From Marsupella aquatica (Eukaryota > Plantae > Marchantiophyta), in assembly GCA_973895155.1 (NCBI GenBank), contig OZ316894.1, forward strand, positions 6,410,234-6,474,233: DNA of 64,000 nt, read 5' to 3'. A program made the position numbers and the translations under genes. This document shows positions 60,115 through 64,000 of the stretch, one piece after another. Position 1 is the first letter of the stretch; every line of letters begins with the position of its first letter. The notes beneath the pieces were generated by a model. The model searched no databases. It was not told where the DNA came from and saw nothing but the letters and a program-made list of their open reading frames with translations.

Positions 60115-63100
60115 ACCCTTCCACTAAGTGCGGGACACAATACTCATCATTGTCCTCCCACTTGTTGCAGCATTAGCAATTTAATCACATGTCTTGCATT
60201 TACTTTAAACATGATGCACCTAGCTTTGGGGAAATCACTCCCAAGTCATACACCTTTGGAGTGATTTTCTAGAAGTGTCACCATATATAGATGAGCGCAT
60301 ACTATCGTATCCAAAGGCAAATGAAACCTTTCTGTCTCTCGAAGAAGTAGGGCAATACCAATGGAAGGTTGTCATCCTTTGTTGTAATTGTGTCATGTTG
60401 CTGCAAGTGTTTGGATGGGGGATAATTTAATTTGCAAATAAATAGTGATGGGGCATTCAAGGAGCTAGTGTAATCTTTATTGGGTCATTTCTAAAAACAT
60501 TTGCATCACAAATACCAATGACTACAAGTAGGGTCATTAAAACTGTCATATGGAGAGTCATATCAGTCTAATGACTGGCTTTGTGGTCATTTGTGTGATC
60601 CCTCATGCAGTCATTAAACACAAGCACAAATGACTAGTTTGGGGCTAGGGGCTGGAGGTGGGCCCTAGAGTGCCATGGGGCCCCACATAGAGGTGAGAAC
60701 CCCTCAACTAGGTGCGGGACACTATACTCATCATTGTCCAACCACTAGTTGCAACATAAACACTTTGGACACATGTTTTTGCGTTTACTTGAGGCATGAT
60801 GCACCTTTGGGGAAATCACTCCCAAGTTGTACGACTTTGGAGTGATTTGCCAAAAGTGCAACCATGGATGTATACCATCACATCCAAAGGCAAATAAAAC
60901 CTATTTTTTGGTTCCCCAAGAGGTAGTGCTGCACCAATGGAATGGGCAGGGGAGTTGTGCTTCTCAGTATGGTGTGGGTGCGGGATTAGGGAAGAGGAAT
61001 ATTCCAATCTTGCAAAGGATCTAAAGTTGGCTCTAGTTAGAGGTACTAGGGCCTTTATTGGGTCATATGTGAGCAATGGCCCGTCATAAATGCCAATGAC
61101 TAAAAGTAGGGTCATTAAAACTGTCATATGGGCAGTCCCATGGTTCTCCCAGAGGTAGTGCTGCACCAATGGAATGGGCAGGGGAGCCGTGCTTCTCTGT
61201 ATGGTGTGGGTGCGGGTTTAGGAAAGAGGAATATTCCAACTTTGCAAGGGATCTATTGCGGGCTCTCTTTGGAGGTACTGGGGCCTTTAATGGGTCATAT
61301 GTGACCAATGGACTGTCATAAATGCCCGTGACTACAAGTAGGGTCATTAAAACTATCATATGGGCAGTCATATCAGTCTAATGACTGGATTTGTGGTCAT
61401 TTGAGGGGTCCCTTGTATAGTCATTAAGCAAAACTCAAATGACCAGTTTGGGGCTAGGGGCTGGAGGTGGGCCCTAGAGTGCCATGTGGCCCCACATAGA
61501 GGTGAGAGCCCCTCCACTTGGTGCGGGACACTATACTCATCATTGTCCAACCACTAGTTGGGGCATTAGCAATTTGAACACATGTCTTTGCATTACTTAA
61601 GGCATGATGCACCTTTGGAGAAATCACTCCCAAGTCGTACCATCACATCCAAAGGCAAATAAAAGTTATTTTTGGGTTCTCCAAGAGGTAGTGCTGCACC
61701 AATGGAATGGGCAGGGGAGTCGTGCGTCCCTCTATGATGTGTCTGATGTTTAAAGCTATATGAATATTCCATTTTTGCAAGGAATGTACAGGGGGCTCTC
61801 TCTGGCGGTACTAGGACCTTCATTGGGTCATTTTTTAACAAAGTCATGTCATGAGTGCCAATGACCTCAAGTAGGGTCATTGAAATGGTCATATGGGATG
61901 TCATATAATTCAAATGACTAGACTTGTTGTCATTTGAGGGGGTCTCTAGTGCAGTCATTGAAGACAAGCATGAATGACCAATTTGGAGCTAAGGGTTGGA
62001 GGTGGGCCCTAGAGTGCCATGTGGCCCCACATAGAGCTCGCAACCCCTCCACTAGGTGTCAAATACTATATTTACTATTCTCCAACCACTAGTTGCACCA
62101 TTAGCAGTTTAGAGCCATGTTTTTGTGTTTATTTAAGGGATGATATAATGTTGGGGAAATCACTCCCAAGTCATACGACTTTGGAGTGATTTGCCAAAAG
62201 TGTCACCATTGATGCATACCATCCTATCTAAAAGGAAATGAAGCCATTTTTTGGTCTCTGCAAGAAGTAGTGCAAGGTTGTCGTCCTTCCATGTAATTGT
62301 GTCATGTTTGTGCCGGTGCTTGGATGGGGAATATTCTATTTTGCAAATGAATAGTGATAGGGCACTCAAGGAGGTAGTGTAATCTTCATTGAGTCATTTG
62401 TGAAAAAATTGGTGTCATACGTACCAATGACTACAAGTAGGGTCATTAAATCTGTCATATAGGTTGTCACATAAGTCAAATGACTGGATTTGTGGTCATT
62501 TGAGGGGTCCCTTGTGCAGTCATTAAGCAGAAGCACAAATGACCAGTTTGGGGCTAGGGGCTGGAGGTGGGCCCTAGAGTGCCATGGGGCCCCACATAGA
62601 GCTGAGAACCCCTCCACTAGGTGCGGGACACTATACTCATCATTGTCCAACCACTAGTTGTGCCATGAACACTTTGGACACATGTTTTTGCGTTTACTTA
62701 AGACATGATGCACCTTTGGGGAAATCACTCCCAAGTCATATGACTTTGGAGTGATTTGCTAAAAGTGTCTCCATGGATGCATACCATCGGTGCCGAAGGC
62801 AAATGAAGCCCTTTTTTGTCTCTCCAAGAAGTAGTGCAACACCAATGGAAGGTTGTCATCTTGTGATATAATTGTGCCATGTTGGTGCCGGTGTTTTGAT
62901 GGGGAATACTCCATTTTGCATATGAATAGTGTCGGGGCATTGTGAGTAGGTGTTGTAATCTTCATTGGGTCATTTTGGAGGAATAGTGTGTCATTAATGC
63001 CAAAGACTGCAGTAAGGGTCATTTTTGCAGTCATTTTGGAAGTCATTTGTGCACAATGACTGCATATGGGGTCATTATAGAGGTCCCTCATGGTGTCATT

Positions 63101-64000
63101 ATGGACCATCAGAAATGACCCACTTGAGTCTAGGAGCTTAAGGTGGCCCTAGTGTGCCATGGGGCCCTACATGAAGGTGATAACCTCTCCACTAGGTGCG
63201 GGGTACTATACTTACTATTCTCCAACCACTAGTTGCACCATGAGCACTTTGGAGCCATGTTTTCGCAATTACTAAAGGGATGATGCAACCTTGGGGAAAT
63301 CACTCCCAAGTCATACAACATTGGAGTAATTTTCCAAAAGCACCATCATGGATGAATATGTTATGTTCCAAAGGCAAATGGAGCCATTTGTTTGTTCCTC
63401 CAAGAGGTAGTGCAACACCAATGGAATGGGCGTTGTAGTGGCGCTTCCCTCTATGGTGTGTGTGCTGGTTAAAGGTATAGGAATATTCTATTTTTGCAAC
63501 GAACCTAGAGTGGGCTCTCTCGGGGGGTACTAGGACCTTCATTGGGTCATTTTTGCACAAAGTTGTGTCATAAGTACCAATGACCACAAATAGGGTCATT
63601 ACATATATCATATGGACTGTCACATAAGTCAAATGACTGGATTTGTGGTCATTTGAGATGTCCCTAGTGCAGTCATTGAAGACAAGCATAAATGACCAAT
63701 TTGGGGCTAAGGGCTGAAGGTGGGCCCTAGATTGCCATGTGGCCCTAGACATAGAGCTCGCAACCCCTCCACTAGGTGCCAAATACTATATTTACTATTC
63801 TCCAACCACTAGTTGCACTAGTTGCACTATTAGCACTTTGATGTCGTGTTTTTGCGTATTGTTAAGGCATGATGGAACTTTGGGAAAATCACTCCCAAGT
63901 CATACAACTTTGGAGTGATTTGCCAAAAGTGTCACCATCACGCATACCATCCTATCCAAAGGCAAAGAAATATTGTTTTTGTCTCTCCAAGAGGTATATA
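60115..64000. repeat. ~570-bp diverged tandem array, at least 7 units, each with a 36-bp hairpin
   Basis: Anchor AAATCACTCCCAAG at 60232, 60813, 61621, 62157, 62722, 63297 and 63886. Confidence 0.9.

Larger units (their letters stand above)
59284..64000. mobile_element. Left end of another CACTA element (runs out of the window)
   Basis: CACTAGAAGAAAACAGGGCCCTTTATGAC matches the right TIR of the inner CACTA at 25/29 and is followed by dense AATGAC subterminal motifs. Confidence 0.85.

Noticed and set aside
60115-64000. CRISPR-like array suggested by regularly spaced 36-bp palindromes
   Set aside because: The spacers are ~530-770 bp and homologous to each other, there are no cas genes, and the context is a eukaryotic transposon.

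Overview
Land-plant genomic DNA (GT-AG introns, a phytocyanin gene and an EDM2-type PHD module; the lineage cannot be fixed from sequence alone), dominated by four nested transposon layers. (1) An outer + strand gene cluster (1-2348 and 35028-~46800) carries a beta-class amino (N6A/N4C) DNA methyltransferase, a Transposase_21 gene, two F-box-like ORFs, a ParB-like/decayed-MTase gene with an E/K-rich tail, a Ulp1 SUMO protease, three FCP1/NIF phosphatase-like domains and a SNF2 fragment. Its non-coding gaps repeat an ACGCG-N6-CGCGT palindrome. (2) A complete CACTA element (2349-35024, TSD GGT) splits that transposase and carries TnpD, TnpA and an intronless EDM2-like PHD gene. (3) A 3'-truncated Gypsy element A (4157-~23767) lies in a TnpA intron. 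(4) Gypsy element B (5935-20169, TSD CGCTC) lies inside the LTR of A and is bounded by 3405-bp INVERTED repeats rather than direct LTRs. Both Gypsy elements have 4-4.6 kb LTRs that each contain a ~880-1190 codon ORF. Downstream are an ENODL/phytocyanin gene with five DGRGGYN repeats, two related MITEs with 8-bp TSDs, and the left end of another CACTA element with a ~570-bp hairpin-containing tandem array. Domain calls come from recognising motifs by eye; no database search was run.
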